A DNA stretch of 64,000 nucleotides from contig OZ024742.1 in assembly GCA_964016885.1 (NCBI GenBank), positions 279,434,001-279,498,000 of the forward strand, in the 5' to 3' direction. The position numbers were made by a program, and so were the translations under genes. Each line of letters opens with the position of its first letter. Within the stretch, counting starts at the first letter, position 1. This document shows, piece by piece, positions 24,948 to 35,643 of the stretch. The stretch comes from Eledone cirrhosa. Taxonomy: Eukaryota. The notes under the pieces were generated by a model. It was not told the origin of the DNA. It worked only from the letters and a program-made list of their open reading frames with translations, and did not search any database.

Positions 24948-26790
24948 ACTGGACCTCTCCTGGCGGACCGTTTCACCAAACACCGCCGTGATATTCGTCT
25001 TGGCGGGAGTTTCCTCTTCGCCCGCCACTGTAGCTCCCCTGGACATTCCGCGCACCACCTCACAGTCTGTGGCCTACTCCAATGCCACAGAACAACCGCC
25101 ACCCGCCTCAGGGTCGAACAACGCATTATCTTCACCCTACAGACCCACACTCCCCCCGGCCTGAACTCCCCACCCCTATTTCTTTAGTCTTCGACCCCCC
25201 CCCCCCACACACACACACACATCCCCCACTAACACCACTAACACACTCCTCCTTTTCATCGCCCACCCCCAACTAACAATACTAACTCCCCCACCCCCAC
25301 CACCCTTCCCCAACTAACAATACTAACACCCCCTATCACGCACATACCCACCGGTACATATATACACGGACTCACACTATCCACACACCCTACTACCACC
25401 ACTAACCCTCACAAACATATCCACTCCCACCACCCCACAATTAATACCACTAACATCACCTCGACCCCACGCACACGAACACACCCACCCACCCAAACAC
25501 ACTTACACCACCCACTCTACACACCCTACCACCACTGACCTCCACTAACACAGCCGCATTCAACCCTTTCCCCCACCACCAGTATACTAACCCCCACTTA
25601 CACCCCCTTGACCACACACACACTCATCCAAACACGCACACACACACCAATACACTACACTCACTCCACCGTCCCCCACACCTTTCTCTCCCTCTCCCGC
25701 GCCACCCACACCCCTTCACACACACACACACTTCCCACTAACACCTCTACAAATACACACGCCATACCGCCGCACGACCACCTCACCACTCCAACCCTTC
25801 GTCTCCCCTCTCCACCGCATCTCTGCACACACTGACACACTGACTTTCTCCACCTGACATTCTCCTCTACTGCTGCTATGCCTTGACCCTCTGACCACCC
25901 CTGGGCACACACGGACACACAGCCCTCTCCACCTGTCATTCTCCTCTACCCTCCTACTGCCTTGACCCTCTGACCACTTCCTGTTGCGCTAGCACCCCAC
26001 ATCTCGCCTCTTCCGACAAACACAGCCACGGATTACACAACATTCGCCATCGTTCCCACCATCAACTCCATCACAAGGAAAATATCCGCCATTTCACCAC
26101 ACCCTCTACGGAACTACTTTAGGAACTTACCCACGGACATACTCTCGCAAACATTTTTTTTCGAACCACGCCACCTACATCTACAATGCGTATAAAAACC
26201 ACACACACGTGCGTACCCCCACATATATACACACTCAGCCTCCGGAATCTTCTCCCCTTCCCCCTCCCCACCCCCTGACCCCCATCCCCACGCACACATA
26301 CCCTTTCGACCTACACCAAAACCCACACACACACACCTTTTCCTGAACATGGAACCTCGTTCTTCCCCCAAATCTCACATTCACATACACACACACACGT
26401 ACACCTACACACATACACCACCTTCAGCCCTCCCCGCTCGGACACCCCGCCTCTCTCTCCCCACTCCACTCGCCACCACCCCTACACGCCCCACACTCTT
26501 CCACCACTTCTTTATCTTCATGTTTATTTTTATTTTTATTTTTTTATATTTATTTTTATTTGTATCCCTTCAATCATTTTCTCCTCCTTTCCCCCCCCCC
26601 CCCACACTTTTTTCTGAATGTCTCTCGTCCACTTCCCTACACACCCTCGGAACTCTCTTCCAACACACTTTTCGCCTGAAGAAGGGCTTATGCACGAAAG
26701 GTCCCCCCCACCACTCTCAAGAGCGTGAAACTAATAAACCATTGTTCGTACTGCCTCGGTTTTATTTCCGTTCCAATCAATTTTCCCTAT
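24948..26790 (+). mobile_element. 5'-truncated Neptune-like PLE: GIY-YIG C-terminus plus ~1.6-kb 3' region with HHR
   Basis: The frame 24948-25187 reads TGPLLADRFTKHRRDIRLGGSFLFARHCSSPGHSAHHLTVCGLLQCHRTTATRLRVEQRIIFTLQTHTPPGLNSPPLFL*, matching the Neptune-type R..EH...HF...GH...E..IF.L.T..P.GLN pattern. HHR-like core at 26676-26700. Confidence 0.8.
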
Positions 26791-26791
26791 A

Positions 26792-26836
<45 letters not shown>

Positions 26837-26897
26837 CTCAATCTCGCTTTCTCTCGCTCTCACTCTCTATCTAGCTGACTATCTATATATCTATCTA

Positions 26898-27571
26898 ACA
26901 GACACGCGCGCCCGGGCAGGGATCCCTCAAAAAAGATTTGCCCTAGATGCGTGCGTCACGAAGAAACCGTTGCGCACGCATTGGTGCAATGTCCGGGCGT
27001 GGCTGATCTGTGGGGCTACGCCGAACGACTGCTGTCGCGGGTGGCGCCGAATAAATTGACCGCCGAGTCCGTGATGACAATCAAACCGCCTCCCCTCTTC
27101 ACAAAGGAAGCAAAGGCGGTTTTTCTGTGCGTAATAGCCATGTTGAAAGAGGTTGTTTGGTGGACACGATTGAAAGGTCTGAGGTCAGGCAACTTCCTCT
27201 CTGGCCATAGTCTGGTCTACTTCTTCCGATATCACTTCGGAAGAAGGATAAGAATGGAGAGAGAGGTGCTTGGCCACAGGCAGTTTTATGAAAGGTGGGT
27301 GATAGTGGCGAGAATGGCTCGTGTAAATGGGCCTTCTCTGTATACCATCCTGTAGGTAAAGAAGTAAAGGAGAAGGGAGCACCTTCTCCATGTGCTCCCC
27401 GGGCAAAGGATTGCACACTTTTTCGGGGGTGTGTGCAACCCCCATCACGTCCCCTCCCTTTTGAGGTTATTTTCGATTATTTTCATGTTACACCCTTTTT
27501 ACTCGATTATATGTAAACTCCCCCTTTGTATTTGTCCCTTCTTTTTATGCCTTTATGGTAAATAAAGAAAT
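26898..27571 (+). mobile_element. 5'-truncated L1/Tx1-clade LINE 3' end
   Basis: CPRC..HEETVAHALVQCPG zinc-finger region (ORF 26951-27355); 3' end ...ggtaaataaagaaat; 19-bp TSD ctatctatatatctatcta at 26879-26897 and 27572-27590. Confidence 0.85.
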
Positions 27572-27580
27572 CTATCTATA

Positions 27581-27623
<43 letters not shown>

Positions 27624-27772
27624 AAAAATAACAGATTAAAGTTTAAGCAAAGAATCGCTGCTTTCACCCTTATCGAGCCCTCTTCGGATTTTAGTCTTCA
27701 CATTTATATATACATATATACATATATACAAATATATATATATATATATGTATTTGTGTGTGTGTGTATGGT

Positions 27773-27888
<116 letters not shown>

Positions 27889-28693
27889 CGGAAAGTAGTG
27901 GACACTCAAAGCAAAAAGACGTTTTTTTAGTCCGCTCCATTCCACCTAAATTTGCCTTGGAAATGTTACTGAAAAAATCACGATATTTATCGTCACCGAA
28001 ATATGTATAATGGCTTAATTAATAAAGGACCCTAACAACTTCAACGTCGCATTTTCCTCTTTATGTATATATATATATATATATATTTTTGTTTTTGTTT
28101 TTGTTTTTGTTTTTGTTTTTGTGTATATGTTGGTTGTTTACCGACTCCTCAGTATGCAGATTGGAGCACTGGACGAAGTACGCAGGTTGGTTTGTTTACT
28201 TCGGAGTAATGTAAAATAATTAAGTCAAATATGTAAAATTTGGCTCCGTTTATTATAAATAAAAAATTACTGCTATATATATTTCTGTGACAGCCATCAT
28301 TGGCTCTGAGCTCTTCAGGCAGTCCGAATTGGTGTGGAAAAGCATGTTGTTGAAGTGTCTTTTAGTCCGTCAATACATCGATATTTCCAGCTATTGCGTG
28401 TGTTGTCATTCCTAGCAATTGATAGTTCGAACGATATCTGGGCTCCTGCCGATATGTAGAGTGAGGAACAAATGTATCGTGATATGGTCCACATCTCTAT
28501 ATTGAAACATAGGTATAACGATATATGTTAAGTAAAATTTGGTTCCTTATTCCATTGATATATATATATAGCTGTCGAAACGACAGGACCTCAGCCGTCG
28601 GGGTCCAGACTCTTTTCCCTATATATCTACATCTATATATATATTTATATATATGTATATATGTATGTATATATATATATATATGTATGTATG

Positions 28694-28736
<43 letters not shown>

Positions 28737-28772
28737 ATATTGTATGTACATTTATATATATATATATATATA

Positions 28773-28991
28773 TAACGAAGGAAATGTGGTAAGGAAACAT
28801 CTGGACCATAACGCACCAAAGTACTCAATACTTAGGGTAGTAGAGTGGGTAATAGGAACGAGTAGGACCCCGACGGCTGAGCTCAAGCCGTTTCGATGGC
28901 TAATTGTGGACTAAAATCTTAGTCCAGAGTTTTAGTCCAGAATTAGCAGTCGAAACGGCTTGAGCTCAGCCGTCGAGGTCCTACTCGTTCC

Positions 28992-28993
<2 letters not shown>
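28773..28993. mobile_element. Fold-back palindrome, family C copy 3 (solo arm nearby at 28569-28620)
   Basis: GAAAC ggc ttgagctca gcc GTC on both arms; longer centre ggactaaaa..ttttagtcc; (TA)n on both sides. Confidence 0.8.
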
Positions 28994-29069
<76 letters not shown>

Positions 29070-29117
29070 ATGTATATAAAAATGTCTATATAAATATATG
29101 TATATATATATATATAT

Positions 29118-30573
29118 AGTGGTAGAACATTGGAAGGTAATATCCGCAGTGGTAGAGCACTCACTCCATGGGACGAGTTAGATAGAAGTGTTTACACAGC
29201 AGTTTGTTCACCATACCGAGAACAATTGTTTCACCCTAGCGGATCCTCAGCTCGTAATGGGCATGGTTATACGGAACAGGAAGGTCAACCGTACGAACGC
29301 GCATGCGCAGAAACCCGTCACTTCACACACGCAATACTAAAATGCGTGCGAGAGGTGTAAGGGAGATAACTGCGAAAGTTTGAAACGTTTTTAGTTGATA
29401 AGAAAAAATATTGATGTTACAATAATTCATTCAATCCGGAGCTTTGTAGTTATGTAATAGGTGTTTCGAGGGGTGTGGACAACGTGTGAAAAATACATTT
29501 CTCGTGTTTAGGCAATCACTATTGCATAATCTCTTTAGAATATTTATTGGTTCGTCAATACACAGTCCACACGACGGATTTCCCCTTGCGTATGGTTTAG
29601 ACTTAGTGATTGGTTTCCATTGAATGGAGTAGTCTATAGTTGAGTCCTTGCGGGACCATACATACAATAAGAAAAGAAAGCGCAACAATAGATAAACTAT
29701 CTGGTTCTCTACTCCCTTCTCACTCAACCTTAAAACCAATGTAGGCCAAAAATGTCTAGCCCCCTTAGATAGACACTTTCCCATAGGTCATATATACCGC
29801 TTTCATCGTTAACCGACAAAGTTAAACGAGGATACTCCTGCGCTAAGAACATGAAGGCCCTCATCACCAGCAGCCCAAGGAGCAACACCCCACCAGGGTG
29901 TTCTTGCCGTAAGCCTGCAATGCAACAATCCAGCTGTAATTTATGAAGCTGTGGTCACTTCCAACCGACCAAACCAACCACGGGAGGTCAAATCCTATAT
30001 GGGCATGGCGGATGGCCGATTTAACGAACGTTTCCTGAACCATAAGTCGACCTTTAGGTACCCGGACAGACGTTCATCCACGAAACTCGCGAGCCACGTA
30101 TGGTACCTCAAGGACTCAACTATAGACTACTCCATTCAATGGAAAGCCATCACTAAGTCCAAGCCATACGCAAGGGGAAATCCGTCGTGTGGACTGTGTA
30201 TTGACGAACGAATAAATATTCTAAAGAGATTATGCAATAGTGATTGCCTAAACACGAGAAATGTATTTTTCACACTTTGTCCACACGTCTGGAAACACCT
30301 CTTACATAACTACAAATCTCCGGATTGAATGAATTATTGTAACAACATCAATATTTTTTCTTATCAACTAAAAACTTTTGGGACTTTCGCAGTTATCTCC
30401 CTTACACCTCTCGCACGCATTTTAGTATTGCGTGTGTGAAGTGACGGGTTTCTGCGCATGCGCGTTCGTACGGTTGTCCTTCCTGTTCCGTATAACCATG
30501 CCCATAACGAGCTGAGGATCTGCTAAGGTGAAACAATTGTTCTCGGTATGGTGAACTAACTGTTGTGTAACAA

Positions 30574-30576
<3 letters not shown>
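29118..30576 (+). mobile_element. 5'-truncated Naiad-like PLE with inverted pLTR arm
   Basis: 29651-30328 (+) encodes TIWFSTPFSLNLKTNVG..HFP and a GIY-YIG region IYEAVV..SYMG..F..RF..H..TKLASHVW.LK..W..CGLC..E..LN.R...CPH. 29190-29650 is the reverse complement of 30108-30570. Inserted in (TA)n. Confidence 0.9.
29217..29254 (-). ncRNA. Minimal hammerhead in pLTR (mirror copy at 30508-30545, +)
   Basis: cgag CTGAGGA tccgctagggt GAAAC AATT GTT ctcg: 4-bp stem I, palindromic stem III ACAAUUGU, GUU triplet, weak stem II. Confidence 0.75.
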
Positions 30577-30607
<31 letters not shown>

Positions 30608-30789
30608 TGGGGTGACAGATGTATGCATATGTTTTCTACTGGATTTATTTTATCAGAATTTGGAAATTTCGGGTTGATGAACTTTCATATGTTATTTTAA
30701 CCCAGACTTTATCTTGCATATATTGGACAAGTAGTCACACCTCGAGGCTTAGTGACATATCCAACATTTACTCACACATTCTTAGCGCT

Positions 30790-31830
30790 ACCATGATTTA
30801 ATCATCCTTCAGCACATACTATGATTAAGAGCTTCTTTTGCTCATAGATTCATATCTAAATCCACTATTTTTACTTTTTCCTTAATAAAGTCTGTGTTCC
30901 TTTTCTTAGGCTTATGATGTGATATATTTTCTTTGCGCAACCTCAATATAAATATTTCCTTTAGAAGCCTTACTTCATTCATGCGAACAAGGTGCCATAC
31001 CCCGCGCATCTGGACCTTGATGACAAAGAGGCTTATTGTAATATACCCGAATTCTTGTAAATATTCTGCTGCGTGTGTCATGTTTGCATATTTATTGCCT
31101 AGGATACGCCAATGTTTCATTTGCTGGATTGTTTCAAGTGTTTTAAAATGCAACTTGTGGGTGGTTCAGGTTTCACATACATATAACAAAACTGTAAACA
31201 AACAAGATTCATACACAGCTATGTTTCTTGTTATGTCCCTGTCTAACCACAGCATTTTAATTAATGTTCCATATGCAATGCTCACCATCTGTACACAAAG
31301 ATGATTTTCTGCGTCAAAACACCTGTATCTGGACGGAGTACTATCCAGGTGCACAATCACATTTACAACTACCAATATATTTGACACAGCATAAGCTTCC
31401 TCTGGTGTACATCGATGTGGTCTTAGTTAAGCTTATAGAAATATCCAATAAAGGAACAATTCAGAAAATGTATTCATTATGTGCTGCATGCCTGTTTCTG
31501 AGTGTACAACAACTTTAGCATGAACATCATATAAAAGCTCTTGAATCAACAAATTTAAATTAATAGGTTCATTAGTAAATCACATTACATATTAGATTTA
31601 TTATTTAGTCTCCTTGGATGGAAACCTAGATATATATTTCGATTACAGTCATGAAATGCATAAGTAATGAGTACGACGAAATATATTGCAAAGAGCTTTG
31701 TAGCAGGAATCTCTCCTTGTTTAACAGCGTTTACCAGAGAAATTTGTTCTGGGTGTTCCTTTAAATGCAACACTAGCTTTCATAACTCGATGTAGTTGTT
31801 TGAAGATGGATTTGTGGATAGCCTAATTTA
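30790..31830 (-). pseudogene. Decayed RTE/BovB-like LINE reverse-transcriptase 3' part
   Basis: VNAVKQGEIPATKLFAIYF (cf. GVKQGCVLAPTLF), VYESCLFTVLLYVCET (cf. LLYGCETW) and QMRGVWHLVRMNEVRLLK (cf. QLRWxGHVxRM..RLPK). Confidence 0.75.
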
Positions 31831-34109
31831 TCAAAAATGATACATAACTTTACTGTGCTATCGGCATCTGGTGCAAGGGTAGCACATCCCGTATTAGAGA
31901 TCTCGTTACATAACCATGCCCATATTCATCTTGTCTATATTTATAATATATTCGTCGACAGAAAGACAGAGACCAGCCGAACTAGATGTAATCTGGTTGT
32001 GATCCACGAAGACACTGCTAATAAACCTATAATCACGAACATCTTTCGAAAATCGGATAGAGAAGCCTTTATATATAACGCATTCTTGGAAGTTAGAGTG
32101 GTTAATAAATTACATGTGTTTATTTACTATACTAAATTTACTGTACTACAGGATATATATTATTGACGGCAATAGAGCGTGACATGAGGGAGAAGTCACT
32201 TCTATTTCTAACAATTCGGGCATTCATGTACACGCACTCTGGCTTTTGTATTGTTTATATAGGATATTGAAAATTTATCTACCGGAAGTTAGTTGTTATG
32301 GATGCACCCAATAGCTGTAATGGTTGGCTGCTTAAAAGAAACGTTCAGTTTTAATAGATGTTTCTTTTTCTTTTTTTATTTTACTTGCGTGTTTCTTTGT
32401 GTAATCTCCGTTTGCACAGCATTGTAACTGAAAGCTTGTTATTTTAGTGAAATCAACACTAACATACACGATATGGCGTGCACTGTAACTTTAATTAAAT
32501 GTGACTGTATCCATATCGAACCGCAAAAGGTGCCAACAAAGCATGGGCGGCAACTGGAAAATAACAATATTAATAAAAATAACATTATTAAATAAATTTC
32601 ATTTAGCATTTGTTTCAATGCAGTAGTTGAATGCTTTGGCGTGAGACATGGCTGAGAGTGATGAAAACTATAGCATTGGTGTTTATGAAAGAAAGTGGAC
32701 ATTCACTGCGTTTCTTTTATTCTGAGGTGTTTTGTCATTCATTAAACGACTTAGTATTGATAATGAAAACAAACACCGAACTTTTGGTTTCCTAGTTATT
32801 TGAAATGGCGAGAAAATGTTCGCTGGATTCCGGAAATGTTCCACAATGTAAACAATAGAATGCTGAATGGCGTTGAGGATTATTGAGTTATGCCGTCTGT
32901 TGGAAAATGATATAATTAGGTGCAGTTGAAAATATGCATCCAGTGTGTGTTGCAGGATTTTTCCTTACAACACATAAACATATTTTATAAGCAACAATCT
33001 GAGATTTACCCTGGATTTGATATGTTTAGCCCTATGTTTAGTCCTTTTTACGCATCCCAATGCAAAAGATATTCTAAATGTGAATGTCTCAACTTTTGTA
33101 TGTATTTTAAACTATATTCATTGCGCAATGAGACCTTCCTTTTCTAAAATTGATATGGTAAATGTTTTAGGTTTATTTCTCTGTTGTATGTAATTTTGTA
33201 ATGTTTCTAAATTATTTCTGATAAAAGAAAATAAATCTACATCAAATCGAAATAATATATATAACCCGTATATACGTGAACACTTGTTAGTTTTAGATCC
33301 AAATATTAATACGTTGTTCCTATTAACTTTCTGGTTTTCAAAGACAAATTCTCTGCACATGATTCTCTTGAAAGAGTGAACTGTCTCGCGTATTACAGGC
33401 TTGAGATACATTTTCAGGGGATGAACGACTAGAAATATTTTATATGGGCAAATCTAATTATTTTTTTACAATTTTAACATTGTATTAAATAGAGGGCTTA
33501 ACGGAAAGTTGCTTATCATTAAAATTGATTCGTTCCGATTCCAGGAACTTTTTTACTGATTATTATGTATTCTTCAAAAATTTCATTTTGCTAATTCATT
33601 TATTTCAGTTCATACGAACCAGAAAATTAATATTTTTTCCCCATCACTAACTTCATCCTTTAAACTCATACATATGTTATATCAACTGCTTGCTTCACTC
33701 TGAATACTTTGTTTAATATTTATCTGCAAGCAGAATTCTAGAGTTTTTAATATTAATACAAGTTATCTCCGTTGCTAGACATAATTTAATCATACATTTT
33801 CGATATATTTCCTAAAAGATATTTGAATTTTACGACCAAGTATGTCTCTCTCCAAATATAGAAGTGCACGATTTTTACTTCTACAATCCATCCCATCCCA
33901 TCCAACATCACCACCAACACGAGTGTATTAATCGTTTCCATTTATAATATATATTGGATATTTCTAAAAAAGAAAAAAAAATTCATATGCCGCCATGACG
34001 CATTAGAAAGAAACATATTTGAAAATTTGAAAACAAAATATTAAATAAATATTCACTCACGCCAGCGCACACACCCATATTTATACACGCACGCACACAC
34101 ACACACACA

Positions 34110-34144
<35 letters not shown>

Positions 34145-34163
34145 GCACACACACACACACACA

Positions 34164-34254
<91 letters not shown>

Positions 34255-34256
<2 letters not shown>

Positions 34257-34651
34257 AGAAAGTGTAACGTGAAGTTACTGTAGGTTCACCCAGGTGAGCA
34301 CTCGATGTTTAGGTTTACGTCAGTGGCGAGGTGAAGAGCTAAGCAGGGTGTAAATATAATAATGCAAGGACGGATTGTTAAGCCTTCATTACGTTTATTG
34401 ATTGGTGACGCGCGTTTCGCTATTGATAAGCTTGGGGTTCGATCTGTATCGATTTGGACAAATTTTGGAATCAAAAGCTCGTCGGACATCTGCTGTTGTA
34501 ATGACAGAATTACAACAGCAGAGGCTCAACGAGCTTTTGATTCCAGATTCGGGCAAGATCGATGCAGACCGGAGGTTAAGCTGATCAATAGTGAAACACG
34601 TGACACCAGTCAATGAACGTAATGAAGGCTTAACACATCGTCCTTGTATTT
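34255..34651. mobile_element. Fold-back palindrome in (TA)n with HHR (family F)
   Basis: Arms ~34360-34501 and 34509-34650; left arm ~95 nt longer; related fragment at 47598-47677. Confidence 0.8.
34405..34487 (-). ncRNA. Hammerhead with U4C core and ~60-nt stem II
   Basis: Minus strand: gt CCGACGA gcttttgat[42 nt]atcaatagc GAAAC GCGC GTC ac. Stem III is the palindrome ACGCGCGU, the triplet is GUC, and stem I is short. Confidence 0.6.
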
Positions 34652-34659
34652 ATATATAT

Positions 34660-34690
<31 letters not shown>

Positions 34691-34696
34691 GAATAG

Positions 34697-35122
34697 AATG
34701 AAACCAAATTTCATTTCTCACTCTTAGTACGGCACTTACTTAAATGTAAGTATGTATGTATGTATACGTACATACATATATGTATACAGACGTACAGTAG
34801 TATATATATATATATACATACATGCACACATATATATATGCACGTATCGGTTTACCGAACATTTATTATAATTCTCGGTTTGTTTGTTTGTAAACAAACA
34901 AACAGCCCGAATTACGCCGTACAGTGTTTAGGCAACCACGTCACCTTTTTGTTCAACACTGACACAGGAACGATGTACTAGTTCCAAGCTTATTAGCTAT
35001 CGTCAGCATCGTATACCTTCCAGCCAGTTGGTTGCACGTCTGAAAGTATATACTTTCCTTATGCCCGGCCGACTGAACTCACTCGATATGCTCATTAGGC
35101 TGCTCAGCCGTTAATATGCATA
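34697..35122 (-). mobile_element. Family A copy 3 with inverted 5' segment (35063-35122, +)
   Basis: HHR at 34971-35011: cgatg CTGACGA tagctaataagctt GGAAC TA GTA catcg (A13G). Confidence 0.75.
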
Positions 35123-35134
35123 AACAAATTATAT

Positions 35135-35407
35135 ACTTCCGTGCCTGTAGAGTTTATCCCGAATCGGCAGTGCCCCTCGGTAGCACTGCCAAGCGAGGGA
35201 TTTCTGGAAATTATCCATCGTCCCCGGCTCGAAAGTCCTCCGGAACAGGCTGGTCAGTTCTACTTCGTCAAGGCCCAAGGCCTCTCCGAGTGCGTCATCG
35301 CCTTTCTCACCACTAATCCACTATAGAACTCGAGAGTGGAAGTTCCACTGATCGCATTGCACGGTTGGTAGAGGGCAGTGAGTGCCTGGCAACATTCCAG
35401 GTGCCAA
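35135..35407 (-). mobile_element. L1/Tx1 ORF2 fragment
   Basis: Paralogous to 36358-36630 (STLEFY.GLV...MDNFQKSLAWQCYR). Confidence 0.8.
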
Positions 35408-35410
35408 ATA

Positions 35411-35598
35411 ATTGTTTCTACTATTGGCACAAGGCCAGCAAATAATCCAGTGCACCACTGGTACATTATTTTATCGACCATGTAAGTATGAAAGGCAAAG
35501 GTAACCTCGATGGGATTTGAACTCAGACCGTAAAGGGATGTAACTATGCTGGAAAGCATTCCGTCCGAACCTTTAGCGATTCTGCCAATTCACCGCCC
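35411..35598 (-). mobile_element. Full-length SINE beside the (ATT)n tail of the LINE
   Basis: Same SINE family; approximate duplication cca(a)ggt(g/a)ccaaataat. Confidence 0.85.
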
Positions 35599-35643
35599 AA
35601 GGTACCAAATAATAATAATAACAATAATAATAGTAATAATAAT

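Noticed and set aside
27645-27700. HHR-like CCGAAGA...GAAAG in the repeat also at 3640-3720, 21215-21285 and 22990-23065
   Set aside because: It is a real dispersed repeat, but has no NUH triplet or convincing stems II and III.
29431-29784. 117-aa minus-strand ORF as a separate gene
   Set aside because: Fusion of antisense linker sequence with the inverted duplicate of the GIY-YIG C-terminus.
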